NCBI GenBank assembly: GCA_963845535.1
Contig: CAWJSK010000019.1
Span: 158,088 to 222,087, forward strand
From: an uncultured Spirochaetota bacterium
GTDB taxonomy: Bacteria > Spirochaetota > Spirochaetia > SZUA-6 > Fen-1364
Direction of reading: 5' to 3'
DNA: 64,000 nucleotides
Positions 34,001 to 44,339 of the stretch are shown one piece after another. Positions within the stretch are counted from its first letter, which is position 1; every line of letters starts with the position of its first letter. The translations under genes were made by a program, and so were the position numbers. The notes beneath the pieces are model-generated. The model did not search any database and was not told the origin of the DNA. It saw only the letters and a list, made by a program, of their open reading frames with translations.

Positions 34001-34752
34001 GCAGATGCTCCCGCGGCGCGCGGCACGCGCCCGACGTGCAGGTACGCAGCGCCGAAAGTCAGGCTGTGGTAGGTCACCTCCGTCAGCCCGGCGGACGTCA
34101 TGATGTCCCGGAAAGCCGCGGGAGCCGGAAAACCCTGGATGGAGTCAGCCAGGTACGAATAAGCGCCGGCGTTGGCGGCGAAGAGACTGGCCACTGCCGG
34201 AAGGATGCGCGTGAGGTAGAGCCGGTAGATGGGCCGAAACAGGCGGGCCGGTGCAAAAGTCATCTCCAGCACCATGACCTGTCCGCCGGGGACCGTGACC
34301 CTGGTCATCTCTCTCAAAGCGGCGAGCTTGTCCGGGATGTTCCGCATCCCGAACGCAACGGCGCTCACGTCGAAGGTTCGGTCAGCAAAGGGGAGGGCAA
34401 GCGCATCCGCAGCAAGGAGCGTCACCCGGTCGGAGAAACCTGCGCGGCGCGCTTTCTTCCTTCCGATCTGCAGCATGGGCTCGGCAAAATCTATACCGGC
34501 AACGCGAAGACCGGGATTGCGTGAGGCCGCTTCCAGAGCGAGGTCCGCCGTCCCGGTAGCCACGTCCAGGAACCGGCCCTGGGCAGGAAAACGCATCCTG
34601 TGGACCGCGAACCGCCTCCATCCCACGTCCCGTCGCATGCTCAGGAAGTGGTTCAGAAAGTCATACCGCTCATGCGCCGTGGTGAAAATGTCTTTCACAA
34701 CACTCGTTTGGATGGACTGACTCATGGTTGCAAACGGTGGGTAGCTCTGCAT
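33997..34752 (-). CDS. ubiE: demethylmenaquinone/ubiquinone C-methyltransferase (UbiE/MenG family)
   Basis: SAM-methyltransferase core (LDVATGTADLA) and a UbiE-like N-terminus (IFTTAHERYDFLNHFLSMRRDVGWRR). Start ambiguous (TTG 34767, ATG 34752 or ATG 34725). Overlaps the preceding gene by 4 nt. Confidence 0.8.
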   Translation of the reverse strand: MQSYPPFATMSQSIQTSVVKDIFTTAHERYDFLNHFLSMRRDVGWRRFAVHRMRFPAQGRFLDVATGTADLALEAASRNPGLRVAGIDFAEPMLQIGRKKARRAGFSDRVTLLAADALALPFADRTFDVSAVAFGMRNIPDKLAALREMTRVTVPGGQVMVLEMTFAPARLFRPIYRLYLTRILPAVASLFAANAGAYSYLADSIQGFPAPAAFRDIMTSAGLTEVTYHSLTFGAAYLHVGRVPRAAGASA

Positions 34753-34783
34753 TGTCTCTCGGGGCAATATACCAAAACCCGGA

Positions 34784-34834
34784 CAAATAAAAAGCCCCGC
34801 GTCTTCCCTGATTCTACGACGAAAGATGCGGGGC
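34784..34834 (-). terminator. possible intrinsic terminator after ppdK (7-bp GC stem GCCCCGC/GCGGGGC, large loop, then UUUUUAUUU)
   Basis: On the minus-strand transcript the ppdK stop is followed by ...GCCCCGC-27 nt-GCGGGGC-UUUUUAUUUG. The loop is long, so this is tentative. Confidence 0.35.
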
Positions 34835-34852
34835 GGATGTTCAGAAAAAAGG

Positions 34853-37768
34853 TCATTTCTTCCCAGGGGCCTTCTTTGCCGGCATTTTTGCGGCTTTCTT
34901 TGCGGCGGCTTTTTTCGCCACGTTCTTTGCCGCCTTCTTCGCCGGCGCCTTCTTGACCGCGGACTTCGCGGCTTTCTTCACCGCCGGCATTTTTGCGGAG
35001 GCAGGCTTTGCCGCGGGTTTTGCCGCAGGCTTTGCGGAGTCAGCTACCGCCTCCTGCGCGGCGGCCAGCTTTGCCAGGGGCACGCGATACGGCGAGCAGG
35101 ACACATAGTTCATCCCCACCTTATGGCAGAACTTCACCGATTCGGGGTCCCCACCGTGCTCTCCGCAGATCCCCACCTTCAAGGCGGGCTTCACGGAGCG
35201 GCCCTTCGTGATCCCCATCCGGATCAGCTCTCCGATCCCTTCCTGGTCCAGGGTCTGGAACGGATCAGCAGGAAGGATCTTCTTCTCGATGTACTTGGGG
35301 ACGAAGCTCCCGATGTCGTCACGGGAGAACCCGAACCCCATCTGGGTCAGGTCGTTCGTGCCGAAGGAGAAGAACTCGCACACGCTGGCAAACTTGTCCG
35401 CGGTGACGCATGCCCGGGGGATCTCGATCATGGTGCCGACAATGAGCGGCAGCTTCGACTTGGGCATCCCGAACTTGGCTATCACCTTCTCGTAGACCCT
35501 TTCGATGAGCTTCTTCTGGTCCACGATCTCCGTCATGACCGAGGTGACCGGAATCATGATTTCGGGCTTCGCGTTCTTTCCGGCCTGATTGAGCTCAGCG
35601 GCCGCTTCCAGGATGGCCTGGGTCTGGACTTCGGTCATTTCAGGATACGAAATGCCAAGACGCACGCCGCGATGGCCCATCATGGGGTTGGATTCGTGGA
35701 GCCCGTCTGCCCGCGCGTTGAACTCCTCCGCGCTGATCCCCAGGTCCGCCGCGAGCTTCTGGCGCTCGTCAACGCGGTTGGGAACGAACTCATGCAGCGG
35801 GGGATCCAGGAAGCGAAAAGTCACCGGCAGCCCGTCCATGACCTCCATGGTCTTTTTCACGTCATCCTTCATGAAGGGGAAGAGCTCTTCAAGAGCGCGA
35901 CGCCTTTCTGCCTCGGTCTTGGAAACGATCATCCTTCGAAGGAGGAAGAGCGGCTTGTCCGATCCCTCTCCGTAGAACATGTGCTCGAATCGGAAAAGCC
36001 CGATCCCTTCCGCCCCGAACTCGCGCGCCCTCTTTGCGTCCTGTGGGTTGTCCGCGTTGGTGCGGACGCCGAGCTTCTTCACCTTGTCGCACATCCCCAT
36101 GAAGGCAACGAAGTTGGGGTTCTCACCGGCCGCCTTGATCAGGGGAAGGGCCCCGGCGTACACGTTGCCCTTGCTCCCGTTCAGGGAGAGCCAGTCCCCT
36201 TCGCGCAGCGTCGTTCCCTTGATCACGACCTGATGCTTGTCCATCTCCACTTTCACGTCTGAGGCGCCGACGATGCAGCACTTGCCCCAACCGCGCGCCA
36301 CGAGCGCCGCGTGGGAGGTCATTCCGCCTCGGGCCGTGAGGATGCCTTCCGCGGCGCGCATGCCCTCCACGTCCTCAGGGTTGGTTTCTTCCCGAACGAG
36401 GATGACCTTCTTGCCCTGCTTGAGCCACTCCACCGCGGCATTCGCGGTAAGGACCACCTGGCCGACTGCCCCGCCGGGACCGGCAGGGAGGCCCTTCGCC
36501 AGGATGGCGGCGGCGGATTCCTTGCTCGGATCAATGATGGGGTGCAGCAGCTCGTCGAGTTGGGCCGGGGTGATGCGGCCTACCGCTTCTTCCGCGGTAG
36601 TGAGCTTCTCCTTGACCATCTCGATGACCATACGCACCGCCGCGGGGCCGTTTCTCTTTCCCACACGGCACTGCAGCATCCAGAGCTTGCCCTTTTCAAT
36701 AGTGAACTCGAGGTCCAGCATGTCGTGGTAATGCTTTTCAAGACGAAGCTCGATGGTGTGCAATTCCGTGTAAATCTTGGGGAACTGCTTCTCCAGGGAG
36801 GGAAGGCCGGCGGTATGCTCGCTCTTTCCCGCCTCATTGATGGGGTACGGAGTGCGGATTCCCGCCACCACGTCTTCACCCTGCGCGTTGGGGAGCCATT
36901 CGCCGTAGAAAATGTTTTCCCCGGTTGCAGGGTTCCGCGTGAACGCGACGCCGGTACCGGAGTCATTTCCCATGTTCCCGAATACCATGGACTGCACGGT
37001 GACCGCTGTGCCCCATTCGTCGGGGATCCCTTCAATGCGCCGGTAGGAGATGGCGCGCTTGCCGTTCCAGCTCTGGAACACGGCCCGGATGCCACCCCAC
37101 AGTTGTTCCTTCGGGTCTTCGGGAAAGTCCTTGCCGAGCACTTCCCGCACTTTCGCCTTGTAGATCTTGATGAGGCTCTTCAGGTCATCCGCGGTGAGGT
37201 CCGTGTCCTGCTTGGCCCCTTTTGCGCGCTTCATTTTGTCCAGCTCGCGTTCAAGCTGCTGGCGAACCCCCATCCCTTCGGCCGGTTCAACGCCTTCCGC
37301 TTTCTCCATGACGACGTCGGAGTACATCTGGATGAGACGCCGATATGCGTCGTAGACGAAGCGGGGGTTCCCGGTGGACTTGATGATGCCTTCCGCCGTC
37401 TTTTCATTCAGGCCCACGTTCAGGACCGTTTCCATCATGCCAGGCATGGACTTGCGCGCTCCCGAGCGGACGGAGACCAGGAGCGGGTTGACGGCGTCCC
37501 CGAACTTGTGGCTCATGATCTTTTCGATGTGAGCCTGGCCGGCCGCCACCTGCTGGTCGAGTCCCGCGGGGTACTTGCCCTTGTTCTGGAAGAAGTGGGT
37601 GCATACCTCCGTGGTGATGGTGAATCCCGCGGGAACGGGGAGCCGCAGATCGGGATGGCCCGCCATTTCGGCCAGGTTGGCACCCTTGCCGCCGAGAAGG
37701 TTCTTCATCTTTTCATTGCCGTCTGCCCGCCCACCGCCGAAGAGATAGACGTACTTCGCTGGACTCAT
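34853..37768 (-). CDS. ppdK: pyruvate, phosphate dikinase with a ~65-aa Lys/Ala-rich (AKKAA/KPAA repeat) C-terminal extension
   Basis: N-terminal ATP-grasp ([10 protein letters not shown]), phospho-His domain ([24 protein letters not shown]), PEP-utilising C-terminal domain ([12 protein letters not shown]...CSPYRVP). ATG 37768 (MSPAKYVY). The tail [63 protein letters not shown] is in frame with no intervening stop. Confidence 0.9.
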   Translation of the reverse strand: MSPAKYVYLFGGGRADGNEKMKNLLGGKGANLAEMAGHPDLRLPVPAGFTITTEVCTHFFQNKGKYPAGLDQQVAAGQAHIEKIMSHKFGDAVNPLLVSVRSGARKSMPGMMETVLNVGLNEKTAEGIIKSTGNPRFVYDAYRRLIQMYSDVVMEKAEGVEPAEGMGVRQQLERELDKMKRAKGAKQDTDLTADDLKSLIKIYKAKVREVLGKDFPEDPKEQLWGGIRAVFQSWNGKRAISYRRIEGIPDEWGTAVTVQSMVFGNMGNDSGTGVAFTRNPATGENIFYGEWLPNAQGEDVVAGIRTPYPINEAGKSEHTAGLPSLEKQFPKIYTELHTIELRLEKHYHDMLDLEFTIEKGKLWMLQCRVGKRNGPAAVRMVIEMVKEKLTTAEEAVGRITPAQLDELLHPIIDPSKESAAAILAKGLPAGPGGAVGQVVLTANAAVEWLKQGKKVILVREETNPEDVEGMRAAEGILTARGGMTSHAALVARGWGKCCIVGASDVKVEMDKHQVVIKGTTLREGDWLSLNGSKGNVYAGALPLIKAAGENPNFVAFMGMCDKVKKLGVRTNADNPQDAKRAREFGAEGIGLFRFEHMFYGEGSDKPLFLLRRMIVSKTEAERRRALEELFPFMKDDVKKTMEVMDGLPVTFRFLDPPLHEFVPNRVDERQKLAADLGISAEEFNARADGLHESNPMMGHRGVRLGISYPEMTEVQTQAILEAAAELNQAGKNAKPEIMIPVTSVMTEIVDQKKLIERVYEKVIAKFGMPKSKLPLIVGTMIEIPRACVTADKFASVCEFFSFGTNDLTQMGFGFSRDDIGSFVPKYIEKKILPADPFQTLDQEGIGELIRMGITKGRSVKPALKVGICGEHGGDPESVKFCHKVGMNYVSCSPYRVPLAKLAAAQEAVADSAKPAAKPAAKPASAKMPAVKKAAKSAVKKAPAKKAAKNVAKKAAAKKAAKMPAKKAPGKK

Positions 37769-37989
37769 ATTCGACTGCCCCTTTCTCAACGATTGAACTC
37801 GTGAAATCTTGTGTTGAAAACTCGCTTGGATTGCATGATGTAGCAACTTGTGATAGCCTAATCAATACCCTGAAGGATCACGCAGAGTCAAGCCGCGCGC
37901 GCGCCTTGATCGAATACCAGGGCAGCCAGTCATGGCCTTTGCCCTTGCCTATGGAAGCATTCGGCACAGCAGTTCTGGAGGAAAGGGAC

Positions 37990-38607
37990 ATGGCGAAATC
38001 TATCAAAGGCACGAAGACCGAGCAGAACCTCCTCAAGGCATTCGCCGGCGAGTCGCAGGCGCGAAACCGCTATACGTACTTCGCCGGGGCTGCGCGCCGG
38101 GAAGGTTTCCAGCAGATCGCGAACATCTTCCTGGAGACCGCGGACAATGAGAAGGAGCACGCCAAGGTGTTCTTCTCCCACCTCGAAGGCGGCGGGCTGG
38201 AGATCACGGCGATGTATCCCTCCGGCGCCATCAAGGACACCAGGATGAACCTGGAGGCCGCCGCCGACGGGGAGATGGAGGAGTGGGAAACCCTGTACCC
38301 CGCGTTCGGCAAGACCGCCCGGGAGGAAGGCTTCCCCGAGGTTGCCCGGTCGTTCGAACAGGTGGCAAAGGCTGAGAAGTTCCACGAGGGGCGCTACCGC
38401 AAGCTGCTGGAAAACGTTGCCTCTGGGGAAGTATTCAAGAAAAAGCAATCGGTGAAATGGCACTGCATCAACTGCGGGTACATCTTCGAGGGACCGGAGC
38501 CCCCGAAAGAATGCCCCGCGTGCAAGCATCCCCAGACGTTCTACGAGCTTCTCGCGGAGAACTACTGGGGCGCGTCGGGCAATGGCGCTTCGCGCGGCGC
38601 TTGCTAG
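37990..38607 (+). CDS. rbr: rubrerythrin (diiron ferritin-like domain plus C-terminal rubredoxin-like CxxC...CxxC)
   Basis: [33 protein letters not shown]...EKEHAKVFF...EE..H diiron ligand pattern, then [10 protein letters not shown]...CPACKHP. ATG at 37990. The listed ORF start at 37801 is upstream read-through. Confidence 0.9.
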   Translation: MAKSIKGTKTEQNLLKAFAGESQARNRYTYFAGAARREGFQQIANIFLETADNEKEHAKVFFSHLEGGGLEITAMYPSGAIKDTRMNLEAAADGEMEEWETLYPAFGKTAREEGFPEVARSFEQVAKAEKFHEGRYRKLLENVASGEVFKKKQSVKWHCINCGYIFEGPEPPKECPACKHPQTFYELLAENYWGASGNGASRGAC

Positions 38608-38619
38608 CTCCGCCGTCGT

Positions 38620-39669
38620 GTGATGGCTGCGCTTCTGGGCGTTGACATAGGCTCTGTCTCCGTCTCAGTCGCTCTTGTTGAGGAAGGCGGAGAGCCTCTG
38701 CGCACGGTCCATCAACCCCACGCCGGAAAAGTCCGTGAGACTCTCGGCAAGCTTCTCGCGGCTTTCGGCCCTGTGGTGGTTTCCGGCGTTGGCTGCACCC
38801 CGACCGCGTGCCAGTTCCTTCACGGCGTACATCCCGTCGACTCCCAGGTCGCGCTGATAGCGGCCGTCCTGCGCTTCTTCCCCGGAGCCCGATCACTCCT
38901 GCACGTGGGAGGTGAGAAGTTCACGCTCATCAGGCTCGGCGCGCAAGGGCAGTATTTCGGTTCGCGCTCCAATTCCTCCTGCGCGGCGGGGACCGGAAGC
39001 TTCCTGGACCAGCAGGCTCGGCGTCTGGGATTCGCGGGCGTGGAAGAGCTCGACCTGCGCGCCAGGGCCAGCAGCTCGGAACCTCCCAGGATTTCGACAC
39101 GGTGCGCGGTCTTTGCGCGGACGGACCTCGTTCATGCGCAGCAGGCAGGCTTTGCCGTGGAAGCAATCTGCGACGGCCTCTGCAAAGGGATGGCCCAGAC
39201 CCTTGCGGACACGCTCGTCCATGGGGAAAAGCTCGAGGCTCCGGCCGTTTTCACCGGCGGGGTTTCGCGAAACGGCGCCGTGCGCGCGCATCTGGAGAGA
39301 ATCCTGGGTGTCACGCTGGAGACGGACAGCCACGGACCGGTGGCCGTTGCCATCGGCGCCGCGCTGTGCTCGGGTGAAAGCTCCGAGAAGCCTCTCCCGG
39401 CTCCGCTTGATCCGGACCGACTCCTCGCCCCTCCCCACGATGAAAAAGAATACTACTACGCGCCGCTTTCCTTCGACGACGAGGAGTGCGTGGAACGGGG
39501 AGTGCGTGGACGAGCGGCGCGCGGTCGAGCCGCGCAGGGTCGAGCCGCGCGCGGATTCGCCGAAAGCCGGCTTATTTGGGGCGGGAACGCATTCACGCCT
39601 CCATCCCGTCGAAGTCGAAATCTACGGCCGCAAGCCGGCCGGGGACCTTGGCGCTTTCCTGGGTATTGA
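38620..39669 (+). CDS. BadF/BadG/BcrA/BcrD-type ATPase (CoA-substrate-specific enzyme activase domain 1); its frame terminates after a 16-bp tandem duplication
   Basis: LGVDIGSVSVSVALVEEGG, CAAGTGSFLDQQA and TGGVSRNGAV are the activase (HgdC/YjiL-like) acetate/sugar-kinase-fold motifs. The C-terminal 60 aa (GRAARGRAAQGRAARG...) is low complexity generated by the repeat region. Confidence 0.75.
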   Translation: MMAALLGVDIGSVSVSVALVEEGGEPLRTVHQPHAGKVRETLGKLLAAFGPVVVSGVGCTPTACQFLHGVHPVDSQVALIAAVLRFFPGARSLLHVGGEKFTLIRLGAQGQYFGSRSNSSCAAGTGSFLDQQARRLGFAGVEELDLRARASSSEPPRISTRCAVFARTDLVHAQQAGFAVEAICDGLCKGMAQTLADTLVHGEKLEAPAVFTGGVSRNGAVRAHLERILGVTLETDSHGPVAVAIGAALCSGESSEKPLPAPLDPDRLLAPPHDEKEYYYAPLSFDDEECVERGVRGRAARGRAAQGRAARGFAESRLIWGGNAFTPPSRRSRNLRPQAGRGPWRFPGY

Positions 39670-42600
39670 TATCGGCTCTACCTCGACAAAGGCAGTCCTC
39701 CTGGCGGAGGACGGGAGCCCTCACGCGGGCTTCTACACGCGTACGCGCGGATCCCCCTTGACGGCGGTGCAGGCGCTCGCGGAGGCAATCGAGGATTTCG
39801 CCGGCTCGCTCCCCGGGGCGCTTCGCATCCTGGGGGTCTCCACGACGGGGGCCGGCCGGAAGTTCATTGCATCCCTCCTTCACGCGGATCTCGTGATAGA
39901 TGAGATCACGGCACACGCGCGCGCCGCGTATTCCCTCGACCCCGAGATCGACACGATCATCGAGATCGGCGGCCAGGACGCGAAGTTCACGACGATGCGT
40001 GACGGCATGGTCACCTTCTCCCACATGAACACCGTGTGCGCGGCGGGCACGGGCAGCTTCCTGGAGGAACAGGCGGCGCGGCTGGGCTGCGACCTTTCCG
40101 ACTACAGCCGCCGGGTGCGCGGCGCCCGGGCGCCGCTTTCCAGCGACCGTTGCGCGGTGTTCATGGAGCGCGACATCAACGGCTTCCTCTCGCAGGGCTT
40201 CTCCACGGATGAGATCCTTGCGGCCGCCCTCTACAGCGTCCGTGAGAACTATCTCCAGAAAGTGGCGCGCGGCGCCGCGATCGGCAGGAAGGTGGCGTTC
40301 CAGGGGGCCACAGCCAGGAACGGCGCGCTTGTTGCCGCATTCCGCCAGGGTCTGGGCGTGCCGGTCCTCGTCTCCCGCTATTGCCACCTCGCCGGGGCCC
40401 TCGGCGCGGCCCTTCTTCTCAAAGAGAAAAGGCCAGCCAGGACGGCGTTCCCCGGCCTCCCTGCCCTCCGAGGGGACATCCCGCTGCGGACTGAAACGTG
40501 CCCGCTGTGCGGCAACGCCTGCCGTCTTCGCATCGCAACCGTGGGCGGGGAGGAGATCGCCTACGGATTCCTTTGCGGTCGGGATTATGAGGTCAGCCGG
40601 TTCGTCGACAGGAACCGTTCAGGCTTCGATGCGATGAAAGAGAGGCGAAAGGCCTTTCAGGAAAGCGCCCCTCCGCCTCCGCCGTCCCGCGCGGACAGTC
40701 CGGTGATCGGCATTCCCGCTGCGCTCGGGCTCTGCGGCGATCTCCCGGTCTGGAAAGCTTTCTTCTCGTCTTTCGGCATCCGGGTGGTCACGAGTGAAGG
40801 GCTGAAAAACGCCGTTGAGCTGGGAAGAGAAACACGGGGAGGGGAGTTCTGCGCGCCGCTTGCGGCCTTGAGAGGCCACGTGGCCCATCTTCTCCCGAAA
40901 GCTGACTGGGTCTTCCTTCCCGTTCAGTTGGAGGAATCCCGTCAGGGGTCCCGCGCGCCGCGCGTGTACTGCTATTACACGCAGTACAGCTCAGCCCTTG
41001 CGTGCGGCAGTCCTGCCGAGCGCAAACGGTGTCTCATGCCGGAGGTGAGCTGGACGCGGAGGCGCCGGCGCACGGTTGACGAGCTGCATGCCACGCTCTT
41101 ACGCGTGGGTCTCGCCGGGGTCACGCGGGCGCAGGTGGACCGGGCATTTCGAGCCGCATGCTCGCTGCGAGAGAAGATTGCCCGTAGGCTCGAGCAGCGC
41201 TTCCGTGATGAGACGACTGGCATTGATTACCCCGCCGTGGTGCTGCTCGGCCGGCCGTACAACCTCCTGTCCCCGGAGATGAACAAGGGGATTCCCGAGC
41301 TTTTCGCGGCGCAGGGAGTGAAGACGTTCCTCCAGGAAATGGTGGCGTATGAACAGCGTGAAGTCCTGTCCATGGCTCCGCTGCTCGAGCAGGTCCACTG
41401 GCACTACGCGGCGAAAATCCTCGAAGCGGCCTGCGCCGTGGCCCAGAGGCCCGGGCTGTATGCCGTGTATCTCACCTCGTTCAAGTGCTCACCTGACAGC
41501 TTCGCAATCGAATACTTCAAGCGCATCATGGACGCGCACGGCAAGCCGTACCTGATCCTTCAGCTCGATGATCATGACTCCACGCTTGGCTACGAAACGC
41601 GGATCGAGGCAGGGGTTGCCTCGTTCCGCAATCACCACGCCCGGACGTGTGGCGCGTCAGGACAGGATGCGCCGACCTCAACCCTTCCGTTCAACCCCCG
41701 GGTCACCCGAAAGCTCGAGGGGAGGACGCTGCTCTTTCCCGTGTGGGACCCCCTGGTGAATCCGCTCCTGGCGGCGTGCCTGAGGCGGGAAGGGGTGGAC
41801 GCCCGGGTCCTTTCCGAAGATCCGCTTGTCATCAGGAAGGCGATGCGGCTCAACACCGGCCAGTGCATCCCCGTTTCCGTGATAGCCGAAGAGGCCGCGC
41901 AGTTCGTGGAAGCCCACGGGTTGGATCCTTCCCGCACGGCGCTCTGGATGGCCCGGTCTCTTCTTTCCTGCAACATCGGGATGTTCCCGGCCTACATCAA
42001 GAGCCTCCTCGAAGCTCGGGGCCGCGGGATGGAGAAGGTGGAGGTGTTTGCCGGCAGCGCTTTCTACCTGGACTTCTCAGTCCGCGCAAGCGTCAACGCG
42101 TATCGGGCGTACCTGGCCGGCGGCCTCCTGCGCCGCGCGGGGTGTCGGTTGCGTCCTTATGAGACCGAGCCAGGAGCAACGGACCGTGTCATTGCCCGGT
42201 CGCTGGAAATCCTCGTGCCGGCCTTCGAAGGCAGCGCGTCCATGGAGCACGCCATGGCGGGAGTTGCGAGCCTCCTCTCCGGCATACGGACGGCCGGCGC
42301 GGACAGGCCCAAGGTGGCGATCTTTGGGGACCTGTATGTGCGCGACAACGACATCATGAACCAGGGCCTCATCAACTCCCTGGAGCGGGCGGGCGCGGAG
42401 GTCATCACGACCCCGTACACCGAGTACGTCCGGATCGTGGCTCGTTCGTATTTCCGCAAATGGCGGGAAGCCGGTGAGTACGCCTCATCCTATGGGTATC
42501 GGGCGCTCTGGAACCTCGTCCAGTCGCTGGGACGGACGTATCGCTCGTATTTCCAGCCCATCCTGGGAGAAGAGCGTGCCATCGCAGAGACGGATTCTGA

Positions 42601-42901
42601 TCTCATCATGCGCGAGTTCGGGATCAGGAGCGAGCATGCGGGAGAGTCATTCGACAATCTCCTGAAAGTATGGCACCTGGCCAGGGCATATCCCGACCTT
42701 GCCCTGTTCGTGCAAGCCAGCCCCGCTTTCTGCTGCCCTTCCCTGGTGACGGAAGCCATGGCGCGGGACATCGAACGCCTCACCGGGGTGCCCGTGGTGA
42801 GCATTACATACGACGGCACCGGCCAGTATCGAAACGAGGACGTGGTGCCATACCTGAGGTTTGCCGAGGATCGGGCGCGACATCGCGCGGCCGCCGGATA
42901 G
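39441..42901 (+). CDS. second activase-type ATPase domain fused to a large DUF2229 (HgdB/2-hydroxyacyl-CoA-dehydratase-like) domain; the 5' end overlaps the 38620 ORF, and removing one 16-bp repeat copy joins the two into a single ~1,420-aa reading frame
   Basis: FLGIDIGSTSTKAVLLAEDG, CAAGTGSFLEEQAARLG and FQGATARNGAL are the second ATPase. The CPLCGNACRL cysteine cluster and the ~750-aa C-terminal domain are characteristic of the large CoA-enzyme-activase-related proteins. The first in-frame ATG (MKKNTTT) is at 39441. The frame is open from 38912. Confidence 0.7.
39483..39553 (+). repeat. short tandem duplications in the activase linker: 16-bp unit x2 (GGAGTGCGTGGAACGG / GGAGTGCGTGGACGAG) followed by 15-bp unit x2 (GTCGAGCCGCGCAGG / GTCGAGCCGCGCGCG)
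   Basis: Direct read. The 16-bp pair (39483-39514) is not a multiple of 3. The 15-bp pair (39524-39553) is in frame. Confidence 0.85.
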
Positions 42902-42929
42902 GCCGAAGGCGGGCAGGTCCCATGTCCGG

Positions 42930-44339
42930 CTACTCCGCGGTGGCTTCCAGGACAGTCTGCTTGAACCTGGCGCCCCTGTCGAACTCGTTTCGGAACATAC
43001 CGAAAGAGGTGCACCCGGGAGAAAAGAGCACGGACGCATTTTCCTTGCCGCCGCCCGCGGCGGTAATGGCCGTGTCAACGGCGCTTGCAAGCTCCCCGAA
43101 CGGGCCTTCGTACGCAATTCCTTCCCTGTCCAGGAGAGCGCGGATTTTTTCCGTGCCGCTTCCCGCAAGGAGGACAAGGGCGCGCGGGATCCGCGCAACC
43201 TCCCCGATGGGGGAGAAGTCGATGTTCTTGTCCGTTCCGCCCATGATGAGGACCATGGGAGACTCAAGCGATTTGACGGCCTGGACCGTGGCGTGGGGGA
43301 TGGTGGCCGCCGAATCGTTATAGAAGCGCAGCCTTTTCCACGTGCGGAACATCTCCAGCCTGTGCTCGACGCCCGGGAACTCGGCAAGCGCCTTGCGAAT
43401 GACCTCAGCCTTGACGCCGTAGAGCTGCAAGACGAGGCCGGCGCACAGAAGGTTCACTGTATTGTGCGTTCCCGGCAGGCGTTTGCCGGAAAGGATGAGC
43501 TTCTCATCCCCGCCGCTCGGTGACAGACGCACGGTCCCTTTTTCCCCTTGCAGCCATCCGCCGCGAAGCCCGTCCGGCAGATCGGAAGCCGAATAGAAGA
43601 AAGGCTGGGCGCGCGTCTCTCTGGGAAACTCGCGCTGCCAGGGATCATCGAGATTGAAGACGGCCTTCTGGTCCCGGTCCTGCTCCTGGAAGAGGACCTT
43701 CTTGTCGGCAATATAGTCCGCCATGCCTCTGTACCGGTCCAGATGGTCCGGCAGGATCACCGTGAAAGCGGAAAGAGCCGGGCGGAGGATGCCGCGGCCT
43801 CGGAGGTCCCCTAGCTGCCAGGAGGAAAGCTCCAGGACCACGGGGCTGCGCGGATCCATGCTGTCGACGAAATCCAGTGGGGAGACGGTGATATTGCCTG
43901 CCAGCAGGGTCCCCGGGTCCACGCGCTTGAGACCGAAAGCGATTGCCGACGCCGTTGTCGACTTCCCTTTGGATCCGGTGACCCCGATGATCGGGTTTTT
44001 TGCAAGGGACAGGAAGACGGAAAGGTCGGTCTCCACGGGCACCCCGCGGGAGCGGGCCGCCTCCAGGAACCGGGAGCCGGGCGGCACGGCAGGGTTCTTG
44101 ATCACGAGGTCAGCGTTCGTGAAGTCTTCTTCCTCATGCTTTTCCAGGACGTAGCGCACCGGCAGCCCGGCAAGCGGCTCGATCGATTCCTTCAGGAGCT
44201 CCCGCGCGCGCAGGTCCGTGACGGTCACCTGCGCTCCGTGACGGGCGAAGTACCGGGCTGACGCAAGGCCGCCGCCGTTGAGCCCGAGGCCCATCACCGT
44301 CACCTTCTTTCCGTTCCACGCGGGGGCGTCAGTCTTCAA
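42930..44339 (-). CDS. murD: UDP-N-acetylmuramoyl-L-alanine--D-glutamate ligase
   Basis: KKVTVMGLGLNGGGLASARYFARHGAQVTVTD Rossmann N-terminus, GVTGSKGKSTT P-loop, HNTVNLLCAG and NDSAATIPHAT. These are the Mur ligase MurD hallmarks. 469 aa. Confidence 0.85.
   Translation of the reverse strand: MKTDAPAWNGKKVTVMGLGLNGGGLASARYFARHGAQVTVTDLRARELLKESIEPLAGLPVRYVLEKHEEEDFTNADLVIKNPAVPPGSRFLEAARSRGVPVETDLSVFLSLAKNPIIGVTGSKGKSTTASAIAFGLKRVDPGTLLAGNITVSPLDFVDSMDPRSPVVLELSSWQLGDLRGRGILRPALSAFTVILPDHLDRYRGMADYIADKKVLFQEQDRDQKAVFNLDDPWQREFPRETRAQPFFYSASDLPDGLRGGWLQGEKGTVRLSPSGGDEKLILSGKRLPGTHNTVNLLCAGLVLQLYGVKAEVIRKALAEFPGVEHRLEMFRTWKRLRFYNDSAATIPHATVQAVKSLESPMVLIMGGTDKNIDFSPIGEVARIPRALVLLAGSGTEKIRALLDREGIAYEGPFGELASAVDTAITAAGGGKENASVLFSPGCTSFGMFRNEFDRGARFKQTVLEATAE

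Noticed and set aside
34826-37804. Plus-strand ORFs of 478 and 497 aa opposite ppdK
   Set aside because: Antisense to a PPDK that is colinear with characterised enzymes.
38912-39440. The 5' portion of the 1329-aa ORF upstream of the second activase domain
   Set aside because: It overlaps the first activase ORF in another frame and encodes low-complexity sequence. It is open by chance. Real coding resumes only after the 16-bp repeat region.
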